From: Antedon mediterranea
Lineage: Eukaryota; Animalia; Echinodermata
Direction: 5' to 3'
Assembly (NCBI RefSeq): GCF_964355755.1
Contig: NC_092678.1
Span: 7,456,422-7,520,421, forward strand
Length of the DNA: 64,000 bases
Numbering within the stretch: position 1 is the first letter of the stretch; the number at the start of each line of letters is the position of its first letter. This document shows, piece after piece, positions 51,525 to 62,640 of the stretch. Below the pieces are notes generated by a model. That model did no database searches and was not told the DNA's origin. It saw only the letters and a list, made by a program, of their open reading frames with translations. The position numbers and the translations under genes are program-made.

Positions 51525-51624
51525 CTTTATTGTTGCAGACTTGGGAAAAATCTTAACTAGTTCTCCCTTGAGGCGTCCTGCCAGGCCTGGTAATTTGGTG
51601 CTTCCTCCGCTTAAATAGATGCTT
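51525..51624 (-). CDS. Actin-like domain exon H (adenosine-binding motif)
   Basis: tctcaacag|A...AAG|gtaaat, 100 nt: R-SIYLSGGSTKLPGLAGRLKGELVKIFPKSATIK (actin [20 protein letters not shown]...IK). Confidence 0.92.
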
Positions 51625-51791
51625 CTGTTGAGACGAAAGTAATATGCTTGTTAGTGAAAGGCAAAACTGTGGGAAAAGTGGGTACAAATCAGCAATGAAA
51701 CTTAAGTTAAGTATTAGGAAAATCTGGAATTTAGATTAATAAAAAAAGTAGTGTAGTGTAATAAAAAAAATTGATTCATTGTAATGCAATA

Positions 51792-51792
<1 letters not shown>

Positions 51793-51832
<40 letters not shown>
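51793..51832. repeat. (CA)n microsatellite
   Basis: About 20 CA units. Confidence 0.95.
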
Positions 51833-51835
<3 letters not shown>

Positions 51836-52054
51836 CATGGTTTATGGTTCATATTATATATAAAACCAAATTTGCCAAAATAAATATTTTGTTTGAAAAA
51901 AAAACATAAATCCTTCTTTTTAGAAAAAATTTTTTTGCCAAAAACTTTACAATCCCTCTTTCAAATAAATATCAAATCATACTTCAGCTCAATCTTGCCT
52001 CTTAAAAGAGGCCTCTGTTCTTCGTGTATGGCAGGAAAAGCTGTCATTGAATCT

Positions 52055-53270
52055 ATTAACCTACACACATTTTCACTAACAAAATAACCATAACCAATTC
52101 CACTAATCTAATCCACTAACTAAACTACCGTAACTAATTCCACTAACTACATATTATGTTTACATTAACTAAACTACAGTTAACTAATTCCACTAACTAC
52201 ACATTATGTTTTCTGTTATCCAAAAACTACAGTAACTACTTCCACTAACCTATACACACGTTTGCACTACCAAAGAATAACAAATTCCACTAACCTATTA
52301 TGTTCACACTAACCAAGCTACAATAACTAATTTCACTAACCTGTGTTTAGACTAACCAAATTAAAAACTAATTCACTAACCTATTATGTTCACACTAACC
52401 AAGCTACAATAACTAATTTAACTAACCTATATAAGTGTTTAGACTAACCAAATTACAAACTAATTTAACTAACGTATTATGTTCACACTAACCAAACTAC
52501 AATAACTAATTTAACTAACCTACACATGTGTTTAGACAAACCAAATTACAAACTAATTTGACTAACCTACATATGTTTACACTAAGAATACTACCACAAA
52601 TTCCACTAACCTATTATGTTTACACTAACCAAACTACAATAACTAATTTAACTAACCTACACATGTGTTTAGACTAACCAAATTACAAACTAATTTCACT
52701 AACGTATTATGTTCACACTAACCAAGCTACAATAACTAATTTAACTAACCTACACATGTGTTTAGACTAACCAAATTACAAACTAATTTTACTAACGTAT
52801 TATGTTCACACTAACCAAGCTACAATAACTAATTTAACTAACCTACACATGTGTTTAGACTAACCAAATTACAAACTAATTTCACTAACGTATTATGTTC
52901 ACATTAACCAAGCTACAATAACTAATTTAACTAACATATACATGTGTTTAGACTAACCAAATTACAAACTAATTTTACTAACGTATTATGTTCACACTAA
53001 CCAAGCTACAATAACTAATTTAACTAACCTACACATGTGTTTAGACTAACCAAATTACAAACTAATTTTACTAACCTATTATGTTCACACTAACCAAACT
53101 ACAATAACTAATTTAAACTAACCTACACATGTGTTTAGACGAACCAAATTACAAACTAATTTGACTAACCTACATATGTTTACACTAAGAATACTACCAC
53201 AAATTCCACTAACCTATTATGTTTACACTAACCAAACTACCATAACCAATTCCACTAACCTACACATATG
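52055..53270. repeat. Minisatellite of 46-47-bp subunits forming a 93-bp higher-order repeat, abutting exon G
   Basis: For example, tattatgttcacactaacc recurs at 52705 and 52798. Units contain actaacctacacat, the reverse complement of the exon G donor junction. Confidence 0.92.
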
Positions 53271-53406
53271 TTTTCTGTTATCCATTCCACAGGCTTTGAT
53301 TGATTTAGCCACCAGTAAGTGAAGACCAGGATGATCCTTCCCCCAAAGCTCAGGGTGGAATAACCCTTCAGTACTCCGGAATCTACCATTGTCAACTCGT
53401 ACATGT
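53260..53406 (-). CDS. Actin-like domain exon G
   Basis: atttacag|A...AG|gttagt, 147 nt: G-HVRVDNGRFRSTEGLFHPELWGKDHPGLHLLVAKSIKACGMDNRKHMC (actin [21 protein letters not shown]...GIHE...SIMKCDVDIRK). Confidence 0.9.
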
Positions 53407-53954
53407 CTGTAAATATCAAAAAAGTTAAATAAAATAAAACCTAACTTTTTGGCAGAAGCATAATAAAAAATTGAGATTTTCAATATATGTCTTTAATTGA
53501 AGTAACAAGATCAAAGTGACTATTTACTGGATTTTAATATATAAACTAAATACAATTCATAATTGTTTAATAAATTGTATAAATGAAAAAAAAAATGAAA
53601 CAAATTTCACATCCAGGATTTGAATTCTTTTATGATGATGATCTTTAATGTTAGCTATTTTGTGATGTATTGAAATGAGAATAATAGTTCAGTCGTTTTT
53701 CACACATCTCAAAACACTTGACACCCACAATCATAACATTTCAATAGAAAATTCCTTTGAATGCAAAATTTGTTTTTAAATAAATAAAAATAGCAGCAGC
53801 TATGCAGCTCCAAAATGTGATAAAAAAGGGAATTTAATGGTACTGTACAATTTTATTTGGCCTAATCATAAAGCTCTGTATAACTCTCAAACTTGATGTG
53901 AAAAAAATGGACACGATGATGTCATATTTCAGCACATCGTTTTATAAAAAAGTT

Positions 53955-54570
53955 AGGTCCCCGATCTCATGTTGGTCAATCTCAGCTAAACGACGTTGGT
54001 ATGTTAAAAGTCCAAGACTGTGTCGAATTTCTTAGAGTCTGTCATGTTTTTAAAATATATAATCATTGTTGTCCACCTTATTTATGCATTCGTTTTATTA
54101 AAATTTCAGACAGTCATAATTACAATACTAGGGGATGCAATTTTAATTTTAGAATCCCAACTATCAAGCCAATGGCACATGTGACCTTTTTTTACAATGC
54201 TATTAAAAAATGGAATAATTTACCAATTAACATTAAGGAATCACAAACTGTTTTTTGTTTTAAAAGTAAAGTTAAAAAGTATCTACAGGGACGTTCACTA
54301 GCTCTAGAAACTATTTAATAAGCGCTTCTTCTTTTTTCGATTGTCCTCTTTGCTGTTTTTTGTAATTTTTATTTGTTGCATTGTTTGTCTTTTTTGCTGT
54401 TCTTTCAAAGGACCTCATTGGAAACAAGTCCGTAGAGGACTTTTATGAGTTATCCTTGGCATCCTTGTTTTATTTTGGTATTTTTATATTTGCCAATTTT
54501 AATTGTATGTCTGTGATATTTTATGTACTGATGCCGAAATAAATCAAATCAAATCAAATCAAATCAAAAT
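53955..54570 (+). mobile_element. 5'-truncated CR1/L2-group LINE (ORF2 C-terminus, 3' UTR, (AAATC)n tail)
   Basis: FKIYNHCCPPYL...HNYNTR...TFFYNAIKKWNNLPINIKESQTVFCFKSKVKKYL is the hallmark end of L2/Crack/Daphne ORF2. The UTR has a stem ggacctcat...atgagttatcc, then AATAAA followed by AAATC repeats. Antisense within an intron of the actin-like gene. Confidence 0.88.
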
Positions 54571-56207
54571 CACACTTTTTTTTAGGAAACTAGTTTGATT
54601 GTGTAGACAAAACATTAGAATGGTTCTTGAAATGGAAATGCATGTCATAAATAGAAATAATTTAAAAGGTAGCTGTTTTAGCTGGTTTATAATTCTATGA
54701 TGATGACAATGCATTCATTATGTTGAAAGTGAAATCTTAATACAAACACGATCACTTCCTGTGAGCCTTGTGGTGGAGTAAAGCCAAACTGATCCACTGG
54801 GACCAATGGATGAGAGGTGTGCCAACATCTAATAACTGTCCATTTAGGGGTATGATCTAACTCACTCAAAGGTGCTTTGCAAAAGTCGATCATGTCATCT
54901 GACATTTTCGCATACACTCATAGCTCTGATCATTTAAATGCTTAATAATCAAGGACTGCTTCACTAAGCCTGGCAACAGTACATTATATACACAACTGAC
55001 TTAAGTTGCTTAGAGAATACTAACAATCTGCATTGAGTTCACTCTATCAATCAAAGTTCTGATTTTTACATGCATTAAACTTAGTTAAGTTACTCATGTA
55101 TAAAATGCGCCAATATTTTAGGACTGCATAATGTAGAATTAAAATCAGGACCTCCCTGAAAGCCTGTTACAATCTGTTTTCCTTTAACTTTTAAAAAAGC
55201 CACAGCTGACGTGATCTCCTCAGCCAAGTAACCAGTCACCGATGGATTTCATAAGAACTAAGCTATTCATAATTGCATTTAAAATAGTTTATCTTCTGAA
55301 GTAGTACAATGAGATGCTTTTACTTTTAAAATCATTCCATACAGAGCTTTGTTTTCCTTGCCATTTGAATGGTTGATTATACGTATCATATGCTGACCAT
55401 TTGGATTTGTTTCAACATTTTGATAATTTTGTCCAATGACTGCTACAAGTTTAAAAACTAATATGTAGTGTGTACTGTTACGGTTATACTCCCGTCGGAA
55501 TTCCTAGTCATATATTTTGTTAATGAGACCACACAGTCTGCTTTCCATACATGAAAAAGATTTTTTAGAATATTTGAACGACATACTGGTCCATAGACCA
55601 TTCCATTTTTCAATAAATCAAACTATTCTATCCATTCAATCTAAGCATTTATCATTTGTATAACATTAAGCTATACTCTATTGACCTTACCCTGGCATAA
55701 GTAGAATCCAGGACTGCTTGTTCAGTTGACTATGATTTGTCAGGCCTAGCCTGTTAACTTTAATCTCAACATTCCCAGGCACATGAATGAAATATTCCAT
55801 ACATACTTTTTTTTCCATTCTTATGATACAAGTTAACCTAATGTCATTGGTTTTAGCCTTTAAATGTGATGAACGTTTAACCTCCTCTGGTAAAACATTG
55901 GCGGAGCACAATTGAGACAGAGCCAATTTTAACTTCGAACATGTTACAAAATATCTGCATATTACAGCTGTATAACAGTTCGAGTCCACATAATCTTACC
56001 AACAATAAACTCCACATAGACATATATTAAGTATAAACCAGTTTGGCATTGTAAATTTATCCAAAGTTGTCTCTGTACTGTGTCACTAAATAACTGTACT
56101 ATAACTGTATGCATAAATAGATTAGCAAGCCAGACACTACTAAATACAGTATACTGTACGAAATACAATTTAGTATAGGCCTAAATTTTGTTGACATTTT
56201 CACTTAC

Positions 56208-56320
56208 CCAAACCCATCAGGTACATGATAACGATCCAAGTCCACCAGGGTACTGCATAACTCTGTGTCTACACTGCAAAATTGTAGTTCTGCCTGGTAA
56301 TTTTGTGCAACAAAACATGC
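56208..56320 (-). CDS. Actin-like domain exon F
   Basis: tttttag|GCA...GG|gtaagt, 113 nt: ACFVAQNYQAELQFCSVDTELCSTLVDLDRYHVPDGF (actin LCYVALDFEQEM...YELPDG). Confidence 0.9.
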
Positions 56321-56551
56321 CTAAAAATAAACAGAAAATTGTTAATATCATTTTCAAACACACATAAAAACATATAGATTTTATATAATGGAGGAGGATC
56401 ATCATTCTGCGGAGGAGGATCATCATTCAGTTGATAAGAACCCTCATTGTGTTCATGAAATGATGATCATCATTCTCTTGATGATTGACATTCAGTTGAT
56501 GATGATAGGATCTATTGTTAGTTTGGCTAAGTTACTATGCAATACTCGTAC

Positions 56552-56600
56552 CTTTTCTTTGATAAACCTGCTTATGTATGATTCTACATCAGAGAAATAT
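56552..56600 (-). CDS. Actin-like domain exon E
   Basis: cttttcag|A...AAG|gtacga, 49 nt: R-YFSDVESYISRFIKEK (actin FTTTAEREIVRDIKEK). Confidence 0.88.
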
Positions 56601-56897
56601 CTGAAAAGATAAGCAAATAAGATAAAAAGATTTAAAATATATAATTTTATAGTAAACATTAGACTTTTGTTATAAAAGACATAAACAAATCTAGAATTAT
56701 GTATCGACATCTTGAACATTTGTACATAGCAAAGGTTGACATCCTAATGGCAAGATGAGGGCAGCAAAGCATTTGAAAAAGTGCAAGTTGGCAGAGAAAG
56801 GTCAAAACTCATGCCTTCTCAGTATGCACCACTTCACTCTTGCTGTTATATTCTGATGATATAAATCTCAATGTACACTATAGCAGAGCCTACTCAC

Positions 56898-57033
56898 CTG
56901 TGACCCTGTTCTGTTAATAGTCTGGTAAGGTGCTCCGTAATCTGCCGTCCCCCAAATGGTAGCCTACTAACACCTCCTTCAACTATGTATCCATCCACTA
57001 TTGGCACAATATCAATTCTTTCACCTACATTTA
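56898..57033 (-). CDS. Actin-like domain exon D (phosphate-2 region)
   Basis: tttgttatag|TA...AG|gtgagt, 136 nt: VNVGERIDIVPIVDGYIVEGGVSRLPFGGRQITEHLTRLLTEQGH (actin DSGDGVTHTVPIYEGY...[22 protein letters not shown]). Confidence 0.92.
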
Positions 57034-57371
57034 CTATAACAAAAAAAAAGTCTTTAAAAAGTAATTCATACAGTTTGTACATGATTTATATTGAAGCTCT
57101 AAGTCATTTGGGATTCTACAACCTGCAAGATCTTAGAGCTTTTGGCCATATTTCCAGACTGCAAGAAAGATGAATTTTGGACATTACACAAATCTTTTCT
57201 GTTTGTCCCAAGAAATTAAATTATACAAAAGCAACAAAAAAGGACATACAGTATTATAGCACTCTGTCCTATTGTGTTATAATGAAATTATTATTATACA
57301 CTACTGGTGTCATGAACTTGTTGTCAATGCTGTTTTTTCTCATCCCTCAATGCATAGCCTAGAAATCTTAC

Positions 57372-57480
57372 CAACAACACCAGACGTTGCTTTGTAAGAG
57401 TATAGCGCCATCAATGCTTGTTCTTGAATGAAACATCCTTCCACGTGGAATCTTTCAAATAAAAGCTCTGCAAGTTTTTC
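57372..57480 (-). CDS. Actin-like domain exon C
   Basis: ttttacag|GAA...G|gtaaga, 109 nt: EKLAELLFERFHVEGCFIQEQALMALYSYKATSGVV (actin EKMTQIMFETFN...IQAVLSLYASGRTTGIV). Confidence 0.92.
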
Positions 57481-58109
57481 CTGTAAAATATAAATACAAA
57501 GACATATTTTGCAGTGGGGTTTCTAAATTTCATGAAAAACTACTCTTTTGTAGGGTTTGATTTACTGTAAACATCAACATTGTGTGTCAACATTTCTAAA
57601 ATTGTGATCATCAAAAGACAGAATTGTATTGAACATAAACTTGTTTTCTAAAGAGAGGTACTATTTTTTTAAACTTTATTTTATTCGGAATTATATTTTT
57701 TCAGGGTCTCTGGGTTTAACCAGTGAGTGATCACAGCCGCCAGCCACTGATCACATTATTGGCCTATCAGATATGCCAGTTGAAGTCACACGTCCCCTAC
57801 TCATTCATGCACAACTACGCCCATGTTCATCATATCACCTTTCTTCTTACACAATCTTTGTATGTAAAAATTGTATACATTTATTAATAGAACAATATCA
57901 TAAAAAATGTACTATAATTTAATTCAGATTGATGTGGTTTAGATACTAAATAGCATAATTGAACAGATGTAAGTGTAACAATACAGTGGCCATTTTAAGG
58001 AGTCCGCTGTCATGTTGGTATCCCTTTTCTTGCTCCTAGTTCACTCTTTACTTAATTATTTACACTCTTTGGTATTTCTATATTTTTTATTAATTGGTAG
58101 TTCACTCAC

Positions 58110-58232
58110 CAGAGTCTTTTTACCAAAGTTGAATGGCGTGATGAGAAGCGTCGTAAAAGCAATCGGATCAACTTTTAATTCTGTGTACACATAATTTAAT
58201 AAACCTTCAACGACATCTAAATTTAGTGTAAA
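58110..58232 (-). CDS. Actin-like domain exon B
   Basis: ttttacag|TTT...CTG|gtgagt, 123 nt: FTLNLDVVEGLLNYVYTELKVDPIAFTTLLITPFNFGKKTL (actin [30 protein letters not shown]). Confidence 0.9.
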
Positions 58233-58312
58233 CTGTAAAACAAAACATTGGATTAAATAATTAAATTATTTGATTATTGAATTTCCTCAAATGTATCTAT
58301 AGTACCAGTGAG

Positions 58313-58594
58313 AAAATCTTTATTGTTAGAGAGAACATGCATCTGCTCATCATTCTGTTGATGAGGATCATCATTCTGTTGATGAAGTATCATCATTCTG
58401 TTGATGAAGTATCATCATTCTGTTAATGACAGTCATCTTTCTTTTAAATGAGGTACATCATCCTGTTGTTGATAAACATCATTTTGTTGATGAGAACGAA
58501 CCTGCATTTTGTTGATGAGGAATAATTCTGTTGTATGAGGGTCATCATTCTGTGGAAAAATCTTTATTGTTAGAGAGAACATGCATCTGCTCAT
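58313..58594. repeat. 21-bp tandem array bracketed by a 38-bp direct repeat
   Basis: catcattctgttgatga units. aaaatctttattgttagagagaacatgcatctgctcat lies at 58313-58350 and 58557-58594. Related units occur at 56388-56500. Confidence 0.85.
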
Positions 58595-59043
58595 TCAATT
58601 CTTGGGTCGGAGTAAACAACTTCAAGATTCAATTTTTTGTCACATAAAATTTAAATGTAATTTCTTTTTCAGTGGTTTCAAAATAAAATACAAATAAAAC
58701 ACACAATTGAATAAACATAAGTATGACAAATTTACATTACTGTATACTAGTAGTATACTGTAAGTATAAATGAATGTGTCATCATTTGCGGTAAAAATAT
58801 GGTATGCAAGAATCAATTTGATTGGTTTGTGATTTGACATTTTTGTTGTTTTTCTTGTACGCTATTCTGATACCTTTCACCTCCAAACTCTAAATCGGTG
58901 TGTGGTTTACACTAGCTGCTAGCATTACCTAGTGCATACCTAGGGAGAATTATACAATCTCCATTGGTCTGAACAGGCTCTTAGTTGAATAAGGGCAATA
59001 ACAATACAATGTGTCCAATAGGTTACAAATTGTGAACGCCTAC

Positions 59044-59256
59044 CTTTTCTTGTTCTAGAAGAGGTTTTAATGGATAAACCACTTTTGAACTTGCTCTGCA
59101 ATCTGGGTGGAGTGCATCAAACCCATACACTTTTCTGTCTTTATTTTTCTTGTGAGTTGCCACCACACATGGAAAGAAGAGTTGCGGGGTGGGGTTGTCA
59201 TCTGTCAGCACTCCTGCTCTTACTGCTGAACTACCAAGGTCAATAATAACAACAGG
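59044..59256 (-). CDS. Actin-like domain exon A (phosphate-1 loop)
   Basis: ttttgtatag|CCT...AAG|gtaggc, 213 nt: PVVIIDLGSSAVRAGVLTDDNPTPQLFFPCVVA...VYGFDAL...VYPLK. Aligns to actin [29 protein letters not shown]...YVGDEA...KYPIE. Confidence 0.9.
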
Positions 59257-60469
59257 CTATACAAAACAATAACACATTAGAATACTTCATCTGTAATATG
59301 CAAATAATATAAATCAGGCTGCAAACCATTGTGGACTTCAAACTGAATGACTTTCTACTAGTATTCAGAAGTCTTTTCTGAATTGTGTACAGTACTTTTA
59401 CATGAGAAACATAAAAGAATCTACAGTAAAATAGTCCCATTTTTGGCACTGCATTATTAAAAATATTATTAATGCACTGCAGCTAGAACACAAGAGGGCA
59501 GCAATATGATTTGAGCAAGAAAATCTTCCAGTTCATTGTCCAGTACAGTGACTATTTAAAGTTTATATGTATTTTTTATAATTTAAATGAACAAAATAAA
59601 AATATCGTTCATCAAAGTACTACCAATATCCATTTTAAAAACCCTTAAAAAAAGACAAAATTTGTCAAGAACACAAATTTGGCCGTATATAACCATGTGC
59701 AAAATTTGAAAGAAATCCATTTTTGTTAGTCTGCCACTATTTTTGATATTTCTTTGATTCTTACAGACAATGGCTCTTAAAGTTTATATGTAGTTTTTAA
59801 ACCAGGAAATCGCTTCATCACTTGCATAACACATTTAATCTCTACCTTATAAATAATGTTCAAAAAAAAGAGAAATATTCAAAAATAAGATTTGTGTTCT
59901 CTCATATTTCACCATAATTATGAAACCTTAGATTGAATAAACATCTGCATTCAAGCACAAGTCTCAACTACTGCTGGAACTCTTTATGTATGTACTCACA
60001 TGTTTACTGTTTCGCATTAAGGCCAATTTACAAAGAAGAGTGGTAAAGGTAGTAAAAATATAGAAACTATATGTTATTCCTTATGACCATTTACATACAA
60101 TGCAGACAGCGTTTTCCGCTTACCGTTAAGCTCGTCTGTGTAAATTGGTTGGGTATACTGTATAATATTGTTGGGGATTTCAGATTTTGTTTCTTGGCTT
60201 TCAATTTTTTTTTTCAATTTAAACAGATATGTTTTACAATACCATGGAATCTCCGTAAACAGACATCCTCAAGACTGAGTGAGAAAAGTGCACATTTACC
60301 AGAGTTTTGACAGATTGAAGACTACATGATATTTCTTTTCTCTGCATTTGAAACACAGTTGTCTAGTCATTTACATGGTAATTCAAGGTAACTTTCTTAC
60401 CTGATTCTCAGTGATGTATCTCAACATATGACAATATTCCCCCAGTAATCTCAGAAATATTTGATAATA

Positions 60470-60708
60470 AAACATCTCATTTTTATCACACTCTGTGTTT
60501 CCTGTATCATTTCCTTTGTTTGGTCACCTAGGTAGGGGTCCGGGACCGCGACAGAACGAGAACGGATGGGGACCCTCCAAAGAAATTGCATTTTATTTGT
60601 CAGGCATTTGTATGATTTGTTTTTATTTTTTTGAATGCGCCTTGAGCACTCTTGAGTGGTATGTGCGCTATAAAATCCTGTTATTATTATTATTATTATT
60701 ATTATTAT
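60470..60708 (+). mobile_element. L2-type LINE/SINE 3' end
   Basis: The terminus gcgccttgagcactcttgagtggtatgtgcgctataaaat followed by (TTA)n resembles the conserved L2 3' stem-loop and tail. Confidence 0.65.
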
Positions 60709-60901
60709 CATGGTTAGGTTATGGTCTATGATACTAGGAAATACATGTGATATTAATACCAAATATTGCAATGATAAAATCTAGATACAACACCGAGAAC
60801 CGAGTGTTTAACCATCCATTTTAAGTTCCTTTTATTTTATTGGTTTTGTAAACAAGGAAATGACCAAATTTATTTTTTACTACAACACCATATGAACCTA
60901 C

Positions 60902-61027
60902 CTTTGTGTATCTTCTTGATAAGGTTGCACCAATTCCTCCACAATCTTTAGCCTCAGCAATCAGAGCTTTCCTCCAATCTTCAAGTTCTGTTTTCGTTCC
61001 ACACCTCAAAAGCAGCACCCTACCTTT
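60902..61027 (-). CDS. PH-domain-like exon upstream of the actin-like domain
   Basis: tctctag|AAA...AAG|gtaggt, 126 nt, phase 0-0: KGRVLLLRCGTKTELEDWRKALIAEAKDCGGIGATLSRRYTK. The L-x-C-x-T-x-x-E-x-x-x-W-x-x-A-L pattern is the last strand and C-terminal helix signature of PH domains. Confidence 0.75.
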
Positions 61028-61161
61028 CTAGAGATAAATAGAATTTGTAAGATTTTGTTATTTAACTAAATTATCAGCAATTGTCAATCATCTTCTTTAA
61101 ATATGCTACTTCCGCGTACACAAGGAATTTAATGATACGTGATAGCAAACTAGCGTATTTA

Positions 61162-61424
61162 GGCCATGTTTCCGCAGCCAAAAATTAATCGATAAACTGC
61201 CTGTGGAAACAGGGTTTAACCGATTCTGCTCGAGAAAAATTAAACAATAATATTATCTAATTCAAATCGGATAATTATCAGCTAAACGCGATAATGTTTA
61301 ACCTTGCTGCATTGTGATTGGGCACTCTGTAATGACTGATGATGTACACTTTAAAAAAAAAATTATTACCTCATTGGTCAAAAAATTAACCAATCAATTT
61401 TGTTTTGGTTGCGGAAACACGGCC
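61162..61424. mobile_element. Small Harbinger-like MITE
   Basis: 22-bp imperfect TIR GGCCATGTTTCCGCAGCCAAAA / TTTTGGTTGCGGAAACACGGCC, with flanks tta/ata. Confidence 0.65.
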
Positions 61425-62079
61425 ATAGACACAATTAATTCAAAGCTTACGAGTAAATTCACCTTGTACAAAGCATTGTGTGGATGCTCATGGGAAGTAA
61501 TTTCATGATTGACGTAACTTTATCTCAGATGTGAGGCCATCTGAACATAATACATGATACATAGATAGTTTTAATTAATTTGACTTAGTGAACATACTTT
61601 AAACATGAACTTTCCAATTGTACAACTTTGTTATCATATACTTTTTTGCCAGTCAGTGGTTTCTAGATTTAAGGACATGTTTTGTTTTGTATAGAGACCA
61701 CTGATCATTTTGAATAAATAAAATTGCATACTTTCTAACCACTCATACTTCATTGAATGTTATGTCAACATATCTACAATCCTCAATTCATCATAATTAA
61801 TAATCCAAATGACGAATACAATTAGTCACTTGTGTGACAAACTTACTTCTTATTTGAATAGTCTATTTTAATAGCATGTCAACACTAATGTATTGCTCAT
61901 TAATTTCCTTAATTAATGACAATGATTCTAATAGAATATTAATTAGCAATCAATCACATAACAACTTTCGACAACACAAGTTGAGTTTAGAAGGTTATCC
62001 ATAGGCATTCTACACTATGCTACTTAACATAAAGCATCACGACAAGACAAATTTGAATTGTGACTAAGTGCTGTAGATA

Positions 62080-62640
62080 GGATTGAGTAATAAGCACTGA
62101 AATTGAATAAGTTCTGCAGTCAAATAAGTGAAATAGTAAAAGTAAAAAAAGCACTGTTACAGTCTAATAAGTGCTGTAATCAAATAAGTGACACAGTTAA
62201 ATAAGTGCTACGGTTAACAAAAGTGCTGCAGTCAATTATGCAACACAGTTATAAGTGCTGCAGTTGAATAAGGGCTGAAGTAAAATAAGTGCTGTAATCA
62301 ATTAAGTGACACAGTTAAATAAGTGCTACAGTTAACAAAAGTGCTGCAGTCAATTATGCAACACAGTTAAATAAGTGCTTCAGTTGAATAAGGGCTGAAG
62401 TAAAATAAGTGCTACAATCAAATAAGTGACACAGTTAAATAAGTGCTACAGTTAACAAAGGTGCTGCAGTCAATTAAGCAACACAGTTAAATAAGTGCTG
62501 CAGTTGGATAATGGCTGAAGTCAAATAATTAAGTGCTACAATCAAATAAGCACTACAGTGAAGTTCCCACGGTCAAATAAATATAGTGGAACCTTAAATT
62601 AAGTACCAGAAAACTGAATGCTATAGTCAAATAAGCACTG
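62080..62640. repeat. Minisatellite of about 20-bp units (aaataagtgctgcagtc-like) with about 120-bp higher-order period
   Basis: The blocks aataagtgctacagttaacaaaagtgctgcagtcaattatgcaacacagtt are repeated three times. Confidence 0.9.

Noticed and set aside
52055-53270. Regular repeat arrays (also 62080-62640 and 58313-58594) as CRISPR arrays
   Set aside because: The units are contiguous tandem copies without unique spacers, the context is spliceosomal-intron eukaryotic DNA, and there are no cas genes.
54687-54917. 76-aa minus-strand ORF in an actin-gene intron
   Set aside because: It has no recognisable domain and stops immediately upstream, and the actin alignment needs no exon between F and G.
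60401-60460. Candidate exon with a good donor (CAG|gtaaga) between the PH and actin exons
   Set aside because: There is no convincing in-frame acceptor, and the flanking exons already join cleanly in phase 0.
61451-61540. Candidate additional upstream exon of the PH-actin gene
   Set aside because: It has plausible AG and GT sites, but all three frames from the acceptor hit stops and there is no PH-like sequence.
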